Part shown: piece by piece, positions 1 through 9,666 of the stretch | Layout: every line of letters begins with the position of its first letter | Numbering within the stretch: position 1 is the stretch's first letter | Origin: an uncultured delta proteobacterium | GTDB lineage: Bacteria > Desulfobacterota > Syntrophia > Syntrophales > UBA2192 | NCBI GenBank assembly: GCA_963705165.1 | Contig: CAVPJD010000009.1 | Span: 1-64,000 of the forward strand | Reading direction: 5' to 3' | DNA: 64,000 nucleotides | Translations under genes and position numbers: made by a program | Notes under the pieces: model-generated | What the model was told of the DNA's origin: nothing | The model's input: only the letters and a program-made list of their open reading frames with translations | Databases searched by the model: none

Positions 1-2
1 TG

Positions 3-176
3 GCCGCCACCCTGGGAGTTGCCACCTGGAGCTACGCGCCCTACGCCGTCTTCAGCATCGTCAGCCCGTTGCTGACGGTCGCCGTCGCGTATGCCGGGTT
101 CCGGATGCTGCGCCTTCCTCCGTCGGCGGCGCAAGCGCCGACGGAGGAAGCCAAGCCGCCCGGCATCCCGCCGTGA
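3..176 (+). CDS. 3' end of Na+/H+ antiporter, NhaC family (partial)
   Basis: Frame 3 reads AATLGVATWSYAPYAVFSIVSPLL...PP*, resembling the NhaC C-terminus; stop TGA at 174-176. Confidence 0.65.
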   Translation, partial: AATLGVATWSYAPYAVFSIVSPLLTVAVAYAGFRMLRLPPSAAQAPTEEAKPPGIPP

Positions 177-306
177 TTGAGCCTTCAGATCGGCCGTCCG
201 CGAGGACCCATACAGGGGACGCCCCTGACCACCTCTTATTCTGCTATTTCTTCATCACGGAGTTGTGTTATAATTTGGTGGATTAATCGCTGCGGGTCGA
301 ATTTTC

Positions 307-420
307 CGAAGCTTGCTTCGAAAGTGTTATTCCCTCGAAAGAGGGAATCCATTATGGATGCCCGTTTTCACGGGCATGACATCCTTGCTTGATACCCCGT
401 AGCTTGCTGCGGGGTAGTTC
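307..420. repeat. Composite palindromic (REP/PATE-like) element
   Basis: Four hairpins: cgaagc-tt-gcttcg (307-320), attccctc-gaaa-gagggaat (329-348), atgcccgt-tttc-acgggcat (358-377), taccccgtagc-tt-gctgcggggta (393-416). Confidence 0.7.
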
Positions 421-485
421 ATTGTGAATCTTTGCCGCATTTGCGAAATGCCGAGGAGGTTTCAGCTGTGGAAATGGGAAGTCCA

Positions 486-1568
486 ATGATCCGGATAAAA
501 TCGGGGAAAATACTCATCTACCGGCTCTACGATGTGGCGCATGAAATCAATTTGCCGGGCGTGGAGGAGAGACTTCGCGAGGAGGCGAGAAGACTGAAGA
601 TCGAGCGCAAGCCCCGCAGCAAGGCTCTTGAATTTTCCAACCCGCCTGTCGTGTTCCAACTCAAGAGCATCGAGTGGGAGTCAGGGGGGCGCAGGTTTCC
701 CGTGAACATCCACGGCAAGGCGTATGACTTCGGCGTTCTCAGCATCATCCTCGAAATTCCCCTGCAAAACATCACCCTGTCCGAATTTGAAGAAACAGCC
801 GCTATCGTCTCGGAGTCGGAGACCCTGAAAGAAGAGTCACGCACCCATCTAAACCAGACGATTTCGGCCCTGGGCAGCGCCATTGTGGGATTCAATCTGA
901 GCCGTTTCGTTGAGGACTATACCGTCTTTTTCATTGAGGCCCTGGAACCGGCCCTGGGCGCTGATGATTTTCTTCGGCACTACGATGTATCCCGTCTCAT
1001 GTACGGGGAGCAAAAGGTTCTCTGCGGCCGCATGAAGGAGGAACTCCTGCAGTACCGGTACTCCTACTTTGAGGATGACCTGGTCATCTTGAATTGGGAC
1101 AATGCGCTGATGATCGAGCCTTCCGGAAGCATGGAGATCGCCGACATCCTGGAGTTTGCCATTGCCCAGCTTCTGGAGCTCCGGTATTACGATGACGTGG
1201 TCGACAGGGAGTTGAGTACCATCCAAAGGGATATTTCGGAAAAGGGTGCCCTGTCGCTCTGGAGAATCAAGAAATACGAGAGGCTGGCCGCCGCGGTGAT
1301 GAAGACGATTACCGAGCTGATGGGCATCACCGAAAAGATCGACTCGGCCCTGAAGGTAACGGAGGACGCATACTACGCAAAGATCTATCTGGCCGCCCTG
1401 AGGCTGTTCCGCGTCAAGGATTGGGAGGGCAGCATCGAGAAAAAGCTCGATATCGCTTCGAACACCTATGACATGCTCTGCCAGAGCATCGCAATCAAGC
1501 GCTCGGAAATGCTGTCAGTGGTGATCGTGATCCTGATCGCCATCGAGATCGTCATCTTCATCAAGTGA
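486..1568 (+). CDS. Conserved hypothetical protein, possibly RMD1/DUF155-like, with C-terminal TM helix
   Basis: Long ORF; AQLLELRYYD segment; hydrophobic end SEMLSVVIVILIAIEI; start codon uncertain. Confidence 0.6.
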   Translation: MIRIKSGKILIYRLYDVAHEINLPGVEERLREEARRLKIERKPRSKALEFSNPPVVFQLKSIEWESGGRRFPVNIHGKAYDFGVLSIILEIPLQNITLSEFEETAAIVSESETLKEESRTHLNQTISALGSAIVGFNLSRFVEDYTVFFIEALEPALGADDFLRHYDVSRLMYGEQKVLCGRMKEELLQYRYSYFEDDLVILNWDNALMIEPSGSMEIADILEFAIAQLLELRYYDDVVDRELSTIQRDISEKGALSLWRIKKYERLAAAVMKTITELMGITEKIDSALKVTEDAYYAKIYLAALRLFRVKDWEGSIEKKLDIASNTYDMLCQSIAIKRSEMLSVVIVILIAIEIVIFIK

Positions 1569-2070
1569 TTTATCCCGGAATACTCAAGAAGAAATCTTCA
1601 TTGCAGTGATTTGTCTGGAGATCGGTGTACTGCCGTCTTCTTCTTATCAAGTCTATACGGGCTGTTGCCCAACATATGCTATGGGGTCTTGCATCTCAGC
1701 ATTTCGCACCACCCATAAACGCCCCCCTCCCCGTCACGTGGTCCGCCACTTGGGGGCGTGTCTTGTATTTCAACATTTTCATCCTCGTCTGGAAACCCAA
1801 AATGCAAAAAACCCCGCTCTCTTCCGAGATACGGGGTCCGGAAAATCATGCGCTCCCCCTCTTGAGGGTTGGGAGGTTATGTTCGGTTATGCCTGTTTCA
1901 TGTCATCGGCTGCATATGCAGGCGTATAATCGATCTACATCAATAAATTTATTTTGCTCCGAATCCAGAGCAGATAGCTTGAAGGGTCACGCTTTATGTA
2001 AAATCTTAGTTGATTTCCCCGCCTATTGGCGATAAAAGCTCTCTTCCATATCAAGACAGGGTCTCAAGCT

Positions 2071-3012
2071 ATGGATCTGCTGAAAAAGATAGCCCGTTAT
2101 CTGTTGATTGGGGTCATGCTTCTCGGCGGGGCGCTCATCGTCTACGTCGCCTCGGCGTTCTTCTATGACGACGTCTCGGAGCTGAAGAAGAAAAACCCCA
2201 CCAAGACCGCCTTCATGACCCACCGGGAGATCCAGTGGGAGTTCAAGGGGCTCAAGAACAAGAAGATTTATCAGGTCTGGGTCCCCCTCTCGAAGATCTC
2301 CCCCTACGCCGCAAAGGCCGTCCTCATCGCCGAGGACGACAAGTTCTATGCTCACGAGGGTTTCGATTTCGAGGCCATGCAGAAGGCCGTCGAGAAGGAC
2401 ATCAAGCTGGGCAAGCTCAAGTATGGCGGCAGCACGATCAGCCAGCAGCTCGCCAAGAATCTCTTCCTCTCCCCGTCGAAGAACCCGATGCGCAAGGCCA
2501 AGGAAGTGATCCTCACCTGGCGGCTCGAGAACAACCTCTCCAAGCGGCGCATCCTGGAGATCTACCTGAACGTGGCCGAGTGGGGCGACGGGATCTTCGG
2601 CATCGAGGCCGCCTCGCGGCACTACTTCGGCAAGTCCGCCGCGGAGCTGACCCCGATGGAAGCGGCCCGGCTTGCCGTCGTCCTTCCCAACCCGCTCAAG
2701 CTCAATCCCACGGGGACATCGAAGTACGTGGAGAAGCGGGCCGAGATCGTCTACGGAATCATGGTGAAGCGGGGCATTGTCATCGAGGAATACGAGGATA
2801 TCATGAAGGCGCCCCCCGACGGGCCGCCAGACACAGGGGCCCCCAGGCCGCCCGGAATGACCTCCGGAACGGTGGATGTCGCCATCAAGAAGGACGATGC
2901 ACCGGATAACCCGCAAGGCGCCTCGACGGAAAAGAAGCAAAGCCCGGCCCAGTCTGCGGCCACAGCGGAAGAGAAGAAAACCGACTCACCCCCGTCGCAG
3001 GCAGTGAAGTAG
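2071..3012 (+). CDS. mtgA: Monofunctional biosynthetic peptidoglycan transglycosylase
   Basis: GT51 motifs EDDKFYAHEGFD, GGSTISQQLAKNLFL, RKAKE, KRRILEIYLN; N-terminal TM; low-complexity tail. Confidence 0.92.
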   Translation: MDLLKKIARYLLIGVMLLGGALIVYVASAFFYDDVSELKKKNPTKTAFMTHREIQWEFKGLKNKKIYQVWVPLSKISPYAAKAVLIAEDDKFYAHEGFDFEAMQKAVEKDIKLGKLKYGGSTISQQLAKNLFLSPSKNPMRKAKEVILTWRLENNLSKRRILEIYLNVAEWGDGIFGIEAASRHYFGKSAAELTPMEAARLAVVLPNPLKLNPTGTSKYVEKRAEIVYGIMVKRGIVIEEYEDIMKAPPDGPPDTGAPRPPGMTSGTVDVAIKKDDAPDNPQGASTEKKQSPAQSAATAEEKKTDSPPSQAVK

Positions 3013-3083
3013 GCCTTCATTGAAATTCTCCCTCTTTGATGGTATCGTGTTTTTGGTATAACACCCGTCGTGAGGGGTGCTCG

Positions 3084-3530
3084 ATGAAACTCCGGATTCT
3101 CCCCTTCCTCATGATCGCCCTGATGACACTGACAGGCTGCCGGGAAACGGTTGCACAAACGACCGGCCTGAAGGACGGCAAGCTCCGGCCCTGCCCGGAC
3201 AAGCGCAGCTGCGTCTGTACCCAGGACCCGGCGGAGCAGCACCGGATCGAGCCCCTCCGCTACGACGCCACACCGGAGGAGGCCCGGGAAAAGCTCCTGG
3301 GGGTCATCCGGCACATGGAACGCTCGACCCTCGTGCAGGTCGACCCGGACTACATCCACGCCGAATTCCGATCGGCCGTGTTCAGTTTCATCGATGACGT
3401 GGAGTTCCTCTTCGACGACGGCGCAAAGCTCATCCACTTCCGGTCCGCAGCACGCACGGGGTCTTACGATTTCAACGTCAACCGCAACCGGATGGAGGAC
3501 ATCCGCAAGCGGTTCATGGGGCCCGGATGA
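3084..3530 (+). CDS. DUF1499 family lipoprotein
   Basis: Lipobox LTGC; LRPCPDKRSCVCT, FIDDVEF, IHFRSAAR.G.YDFNVNRNRM motifs. Confidence 0.85.
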   Translation: MKLRILPFLMIALMTLTGCRETVAQTTGLKDGKLRPCPDKRSCVCTQDPAEQHRIEPLRYDATPEEAREKLLGVIRHMERSTLVQVDPDYIHAEFRSAVFSFIDDVEFLFDDGAKLIHFRSAARTGSYDFNVNRNRMEDIRKRFMGPG

Positions 3531-4231
3531 GCCAGGCGATGGCACCGGCCGTCTCCGTCATCATCCCCGTCCTGGGGGAAGCCCGTCAGCTCGATTCGCT
3601 CATCGATCACCTCTTTCAGATCGCCGACGGCGGGCCCGTCGAGCTGATCGTCGTCGACGGAAGCCCCGATGGGGAATCGATCAAGGCGGTATCCCGCCAG
3701 GGCGTGACCCTTCTTACAGCACCTGCGGGCAGGGCCCGGCAGATGAACGCGGGAGCGGCAGCGGCAGGGGGGGCTTATCTTCTCTTCCTCCATGCCGACA
3801 CCCTCCTTCCACCGGGGGCCTTCCGGCGCATCGAAGAAACCCTCTCGGAGGGCGATTGCGTGGCCGGGGCCTTCGACCTGCGCTACGGCTCGGAGCGGCC
3901 GTCGATGCGTTTCATCGCGCGCGTGGCCTGCCTGAGATCGCGCCTCACGCGAATCCCCTACGGCGACCAGGCACAATTCTTCCGGAGGGACTATTTCGAG
4001 AAGTTTTGCGGGTTTGCGGACATCCCCCTGATGGAGGACGTGGAGATCATGCGCCGCATCAAGGATCGCGGAGACCGCATTTCCATTCTGCCCGAGGCCG
4101 TGGTAACATCGGCGCGCCGCCACGAGAAGGAAGGCATCCTCTACTGCACCCTGAGAAACTGGACGATCATCACCCTGTACCTGCTGGGGATGTCGCCGGA
4201 GCGACTGGTGCGCTTCTACAAGAACCACTGA
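3527..4231 (+). CDS. GT2 glycosyltransferase, TIGR04283-like (arsenosugar-associated family)
   Basis: SVIIP, VVDG, GRARQMNAGA, LFLHADT, PYGDQAQF, PLMEDV, TSARR motifs. Confidence 0.88.
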   Translation: MSQAMAPAVSVIIPVLGEARQLDSLIDHLFQIADGGPVELIVVDGSPDGESIKAVSRQGVTLLTAPAGRARQMNAGAAAAGGAYLLFLHADTLLPPGAFRRIEETLSEGDCVAGAFDLRYGSERPSMRFIARVACLRSRLTRIPYGDQAQFFRRDYFEKFCGFADIPLMEDVEIMRRIKDRGDRISILPEAVVTSARRHEKEGILYCTLRNWTIITLYLLGMSPERLVRFYKNH

Positions 4232-4241
4232 AAGGCCCTTC

Positions 4242-4945
4242 ATGGTAAATAAGCCGGTCACTGCCGGGGCGAAAGGGAAGGATATCTGGAAACTTGTCCT
4301 TTTCGCGGCGATTGTCCTTTCGCTGATCGTCCTTGCCCGCCTCTTCGGGCTGGGTGAAAGGCTCCAGGAGCTTCGCGACTGGATTGCGGGCATGGGCAAC
4401 CTGGGGATGGTGGTCTACGTGGGCCTCTACATCGTCGCCGTCGTAGCCGCCGTTCCGGGGCTGCCCATCTCGATTGCCGGGGCGGCGATCTTCGGTGCCC
4501 TCAAGGGCGTGATCCTGGTGAGCATCGGCTCCACCCTGGGCGCAAGCTCGCATTCCTGATCTCCCGCTATCTCGCCCGGGATGCCATATACGGCCGATGG
4601 CTCTCGGGAAACGAAAAGTTCCAGCGCCTTGATCGCCTGACGGAGCAGCACGGGGCCATGATCGTCGCCATCACTCGACTCGTGCCCCTGTTTCCCTTCA
4701 ACCTTCTGAACTACGGCTTCGGACTCACCCGGGTCCCTTTCTGGACCTTCGCCTTCTGGTCCTGGCTCTGCATGCTCCCGGGGACTATCGTCTACCTCGT
4801 GGGTACGGACGCACTGATCACCGCGGTCACAACGGGTGAGGTCCCCTGGCTCATCGTAGGGGTGTTCGTTGTCGCCCTGGCCGTCGTCATCGTGGCCGTG
4901 CGCATTGCGGGCGGGAAGTTGAAGGAGAAAGAACGTGGTCAGTGA
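4242..4945 (+). CDS. TVP38/TMEM64 (DedA/SNARE-associated) membrane protein, frameshifted near 4547
   Basis: Two ORF halves join as GSTLGAS-LAFLISRYLARD...RLVPLFPFNLLNYGFGLT; single indel. Confidence 0.85.
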
Positions 4946-4965
4946 TCAGTGGCCAGTGGCAAGTG
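4935..4965 (+). repeat. Heptamer tandem array (AGTGRYC)
   Basis: gtggtc-agtgatc-agtggcc-agtggca-agtg overlapping the stop codon. Confidence 0.7.
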
Positions 4966-5026
4966 AAAATAAAAAAAACAGAACAAGAAGAGTCAACATT
5001 CGACAGCTTTTGAAAGTAAAGAGATC

Positions 5027-6042
5027 ATGCTTCTAGCAGGCGACATCGGGGGCACCAAGCTCCACTTCGGCCTCTTCACGAAAGAACGGGGACTCCGCAG
5101 GCCCCTGGCAGAGGCCGTCTACCCCAGCTCCGATCACGACAGCCTGGAAGGCGCCGTCACCCGCTTCCTGCGCGAGTCGGGCCGCCGCGCGACGAAGGCC
5201 GTCTTCGGCGTAGCCGGGCCGGTGCTCGACGGAAAGGCCCGGGTCACGAACCTCCCCTGGGCGATCGACGAGGCCCGACTGCGCAAGGCCCTGAAGATAA
5301 AATCCGTGAGGGTTATCAACGACGTGGAGGCCATCGCCTCTTTTGTCCCCTTTCTTCGCACGGAGGATGTCATCACCCTTCAGGAAGGGATGCCCGTGCG
5401 CCACGGCGCCAAGGCCGTGATTGCCCCCGGGACGGGCCTGGGCGAGGCCTGGCTCGCATGGGACGGCAAGCAATACCGGGCCTTTCCCTCCGAGGGGGGG
5501 CACGCCGACTTTGCGCCGGCAACGGAGCTCGAGAATGATCTGCTGGCATACTCTGCGCGGCCTCCACGGCCACGCGAGCTATGAGCGGGTCTGCTCGGGA
5601 ATCGGGATCGTGAACCTCTACAATTTCCTGAAAAAAAGTGGAGTTGCCGCTGAACCGGCCTGGCTCGCTCAAAGGCTGAGCCGCGAGGCCGACCCCGTCC
5701 CGGTGATCGTCGAAAAAGCGCTTGACCGGGAAAATCCCTGTGATATCTGTGTCAGGACGCTTGACCTTTTCGCCTCCATCCTGGGGGCCGAGGCGGGCAA
5801 CCTGGCCCTCAAGATCCTGGCCACGGGAGGAATCTACCTCGGGGGAGGGATACCGCCGCGGATTCTCCCGTTTCTGGAAAAAGCGACATTTCATGGAGGC
5901 GTTCCTCCGCAAGGGACGGATGCGGGATCTTGTCGCGCGGATTCCCGTTCACGTCATCACAAATCCGAAAACGGCCCTCCTGGGGGCGGCCGCGCAGGGG
6001 CTGAAAGCCGAAACAAGACCGAGGAGCAGATCATCGAAATGA
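5027..6042 (+). CDS. glk: Glucokinase, two apparent frameshifts (~5551, ~5890)
   Basis: [23 protein letters not shown]; then SYERVCSG and GGIYLGGGI in a second frame; FLRKGRM...ALLGAA in a third. Confidence 0.9.
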
Positions 6043-8078
6043 ATCCAGTCGATACCCTTTGCATCAACACCATCCGCATGCTTGCCGTCGACGCCATCGA
6101 GAAGGCGAAATCGGGCCACCCGGGCCTGCCGCTGGGTGCGGCCCCGATGGCCTACGTCCTGTGGACGCGGCACCTGCGCTTCACCCCGGCAAACCCCCGC
6201 TGGCCCAACCGCGACCGCTTCGTCCTGTCGGGCGGGCACGGTTCCATGCTCCTCTATGCAATGCTCCACCTGACGGGCTACGAGCTGCCTCCTGCCGAGA
6301 TCAAGAACTTCCGGCAGTGGGGCAGCCTCACGCCCGGGCACCCCGAGCGGGGGCACGACGGGGTCGAAGTCACCACAGGCCCCCTGGGCCAGGGGATCTC
6401 GAATGCCGTGGGGCTTGCCATCGGCGAGGCCCACATGGCGGCCCGCTTCAACCGGGAGGGGTTCCCCCTTGTCGATCACTACACCTACGTGATTGCAAGC
6501 GACGGCGACCTGATGGAAGGGGTTGCGAACGAGGCCTGCGCCCTGGCCGGCCATCTGGCCCTGGGCAAGCTGATCGTCCTGCACGACGACAACCGGATTA
6601 CCCTGGCGGGCAGCACCGACCTTTCCTTCACCGAGGACCATGCGAAGCATTACGAGGCCTACGGCTGGCATGTCCAGACGATTGAGGACGGCAACGACAT
6701 CGCCGCCATCGATGCGGCGATCGAGTCCGCGAAGAAGGAGACGGGCAGGCCCTCCCTCATCTGCGTGCGGACGATCATCGGCTACGGCTCGCCCCACAAG
6801 CAGGGGTCCTACGAATCCCACGGCTCTCCCCTGGGCCCCAAGGAGACCGAGGAGACCAAGAAGAATCTCGGCTGGCCGCTGGAGCCGGCGTTCAGTGTAC
6901 CCGAAGAGGCACAGAAGGTTTTCCGCGAGGCCCCGTCGAGGGGAAAGCAACTCGAAGGCCGGTGGTCCGGCATGCTCATCCAGTACGAGAAGGCCTTCCC
7001 GGAAATGGCCGATGAATTCAAGCGGCGCCAGGCCGATCTCCTCCCAAAAGGCTGGGACAAAGGGCTTGCCGAGTACCCCGCGGGCAAATCCGTCGCCACC
7101 CGCAAGGCCTCCGAAGAGATTATGCAGGTCCTCGGGAAAAACATCCCCGAGCTGATCGGCGGGACAGCCGACCTCAACAATTCCGTCTTTGCCTGGCTCA
7201 AAGGCATGGGCGACTTCCAGAAGCCTGGCGAGAAGCCGGCCGGCGTGCAGGGCGCCGTCGGCGGCGAGTGGGGCTACGGGGGCCGCAACATCCACTTCGG
7301 GGTGCGCGAGCATGCCATGGGCTCCATTGCCAACGGGCTTGCAGCCTATGGCGGGATCCTGCCCTTCACGGGGACCTTTTTCGTTTTTTCTGATTACATG
7401 CGGCCGCCCATCCGGCTGGCTGCCATCTCGCAGCTGCGCGTCCTGTTCATTTTCTCCCACGACAGCATCGGCGTGGGCGAGGACGGCCCCACGCATCAGC
7501 CCATCGAACAGCTCATGGCCCTGCGGGCCGTCCCGAACCTGACGGTCCTGCGGCCGGCCGATGCCAACGAAACGCTTGCCGCCTGGAAGGTGGCCCTGCA
7601 GCGCCGCAACCCCACGGTCTTTGTCTTCTCGCGGCAGAACCTGCCCGTTCTCGATGCCTCGAAGTACCCCGTAGCGGAAGGGGTGAGCCGCGGGGCCTAT
7701 GTGCTTATCACCGGGGGCGACAACCCGGATATCGTCCTTATCGCCACGGGCTCCGAGGTGTCACTCGCCCTGCGGGCAGCCGACGAGCTTGCGGTCAAGA
7801 AGGTGCGCGCCCGCGTCGTCTCCATGCCCTCCTGGGAGCTCTTCAGGGAGCAGGGTCAAGGCTACCGTGACGCCGTGATCCCGCCGGACGTGAAAAAGCG
7901 CCTGGCCATAGAGGCCGGGGCGACGCTCGGCTGGTGGCGCTGGGTGGGCGACGAGGGCGACGTGATCGGCCTGGATCACTTCGGGGCCTCGGCGCCGGGC
8001 GATGTGCTCATGGAGAAATTCGGCTTCACCATGGAGAACGTCGTGAAGAGGGCACTGAAACTCCTCGGAAAAGAATGA
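6039..8078 (+). CDS. tkt: Transketolase
   Basis: [50 protein letters not shown]. Confidence 0.97.
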   Translation: MNPVDTLCINTIRMLAVDAIEKAKSGHPGLPLGAAPMAYVLWTRHLRFTPANPRWPNRDRFVLSGGHGSMLLYAMLHLTGYELPPAEIKNFRQWGSLTPGHPERGHDGVEVTTGPLGQGISNAVGLAIGEAHMAARFNREGFPLVDHYTYVIASDGDLMEGVANEACALAGHLALGKLIVLHDDNRITLAGSTDLSFTEDHAKHYEAYGWHVQTIEDGNDIAAIDAAIESAKKETGRPSLICVRTIIGYGSPHKQGSYESHGSPLGPKETEETKKNLGWPLEPAFSVPEEAQKVFREAPSRGKQLEGRWSGMLIQYEKAFPEMADEFKRRQADLLPKGWDKGLAEYPAGKSVATRKASEEIMQVLGKNIPELIGGTADLNNSVFAWLKGMGDFQKPGEKPAGVQGAVGGEWGYGGRNIHFGVREHAMGSIANGLAAYGGILPFTGTFFVFSDYMRPPIRLAAISQLRVLFIFSHDSIGVGEDGPTHQPIEQLMALRAVPNLTVLRPADANETLAAWKVALQRRNPTVFVFSRQNLPVLDASKYPVAEGVSRGAYVLITGGDNPDIVLIATGSEVSLALRAADELAVKKVRARVVSMPSWELFREQGQGYRDAVIPPDVKKRLAIEAGATLGWWRWVGDEGDVIGLDHFGASAPGDVLMEKFGFTMENVVKRALKLLGKE

Positions 8079-8085
8079 CGTCAAT

Positions 8086-8116
8086 AAAAAGGCAGGACCG
8101 GAAGTCCTGCCTTTTT
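8086..8116. terminator. Bidirectional intrinsic terminator
   Basis: aaaaaggcaggac-cggaa-gtcctgccttttt. Confidence 0.85.
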
Positions 8117-8239
8117 CCTTTGCGATGATGAACGAAGCCGGTCCCCGGCTCTCGGACGTCACGGGATTCCCCGTCCCCGGTGTTTCACCTCCCCTTCCGA
8201 CATCCTCACGCCTTGCGACGCCGACTTGTAAACATCCCC

Positions 8240-8275
8240 TTGATTTTGTATACAAAATATTGTATACAAAATCAA
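8240..8275. promoter_or_regulatory. Double TTGTATACAA operator (GntR-family-like) upstream of pfk
   Basis: Perfect 16-bp inverted arms ttgattttgtatacaa-aata-ttgtatacaaaatcaa; each arm contains the palindrome TTGTATACAA. Confidence 0.8.
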
Positions 8276-8383
8276 TCCGTGCATTCACCCCCTCCCCGAC
8301 ATGTGATTTTTTACTAGCGGGTTGCTTTCCGGCGGGCGCGGACAGCCGGTTTCCAAAGTTCCCTGCGCAGAGAGAAGGTCGCC

Positions 8384-9521
8384 ATGAAGACGAGAATAGG
8401 CATATTGACGGGGGGCGGGGACTGTCCCGGCCTCAATGCAGCCATCAAATCCGTCGTCAAGAGCGCGCTGAATGGGATGTTCAGCCGCAGGCGCAAAACG
8501 GATTTCGACGTCATCGGGATCCGGGATGGCTGGAAGGGCCTCTGCGAGTCCGCAATCGACACGGAGGAGATGTACAAAAAGCACATCATGCCCCTGGACG
8601 AGGACCTGGTCCGCTCGTGGGACCTGCTGGGCGGGACCATGCTGGGCACCTCCCGGACAAACCCCTTCAACCCGGCCGGCGATCGCTCCGCGCGTGCTGC
8701 TGTCCAACATCGAGAAACTGTCCATAGACTGCCTGGTGGCCATCGGCGGGGAGGACACCCTCGGCGTCGCGCAGCGGCTGCAGCGGATGGGCGTCCGGAC
8801 CGTGGGCATCCCGAAGACGATAGACAGGGATCTCGTCGGGACGGACTATACACTGGGATTCGAGTCGGCCGTCCAGGTCATCACCGAAGAGGTGGACCGG
8901 CTGCGGACAACAGCAGGCTCGCACAACCGGATCTTTGTCGTGGAGACCATGGGCAGGCACTCCGGCTGGCTCGCACTGGAAGGGGGCGAGTCCAGCGGCG
9001 CCTGTGTCGTGCTCCTCCCGGAGCATGATTTCGAGCTCGAGCGGGTCAATGGGATCCTCGCCAAAGAGCGCTCACGGGGTGCCCGACACGATATTGTCGT
9101 CGTGGCCGAAGGGGCAAAACCAAAGGACAAGGATCACTTTGTCAAGAGCCGGGATCTCGACAGCTTCGGCCACTACACCCTCGGGGGAATCGGGGAGTAC
9201 CTGGCCTGCGAAATCCAGAAGGGAACGGGCATCGAGACGCGCTCCCTGTCCCTGAGTTATCTTCAGAGGGGAGGGCTTCCCTGCGCGTACGATCGGCGCA
9301 TGGGAAAGTACTTCGGCACGGCTGCCGTCGACCTCATCGTCCGGGGGGATTTCGGCAAAATGGTGAGTTATCGCAACGGGCGGATCACAGCGGTTCCCCT
9401 GGATGAGGTCGTCGGGGAGATCAACACCGTGAATGTCGACACCTACTACGATACGGAACGCTACAACGGCTCGAGGACGTTGTTCCTCGACGAGCCTCTG
9501 CCCGTGAACGCGAAGGGATGA
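8384..9521 (+). CDS. pfkA: 6-phosphofructokinase, probably PPi-dependent; frameshift near 8692
   Basis: ILTGGGDCPGLNA, GGTMLGTSR; second frame GGEDT, PKTID, ETMGR, QRGG. Confidence 0.9.
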
Positions 9522-9666
9522 CCCTCGGGCTTGCCGCAGAGGGTACTCCTCTCCCGGACCCCGGTCATCTGCCCCGCGGCACACTGCTTTCGAATCATCT
9601 CTCAGCCCCCCTGATCCGATCTTGCAGGGCAGTTCTCTAAAACCATCCCTGAAGAGGTTGGACGTC

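Noticed and set aside
1570..2070. Lower-GC spacer with overlapping 107- and 136-aa ORFs and a weak hairpin at 1719-1759
   Set aside because: No RBS, motif or codon-bias support; no recognisable RNA family
5421..8078. 885-aa ORF suggesting a glucokinase-transketolase fusion
   Set aside because: Produced by the glk frameshifts; tkt has its own GAGGAG RBS and an ATG at 6039 overlapping the glk stop
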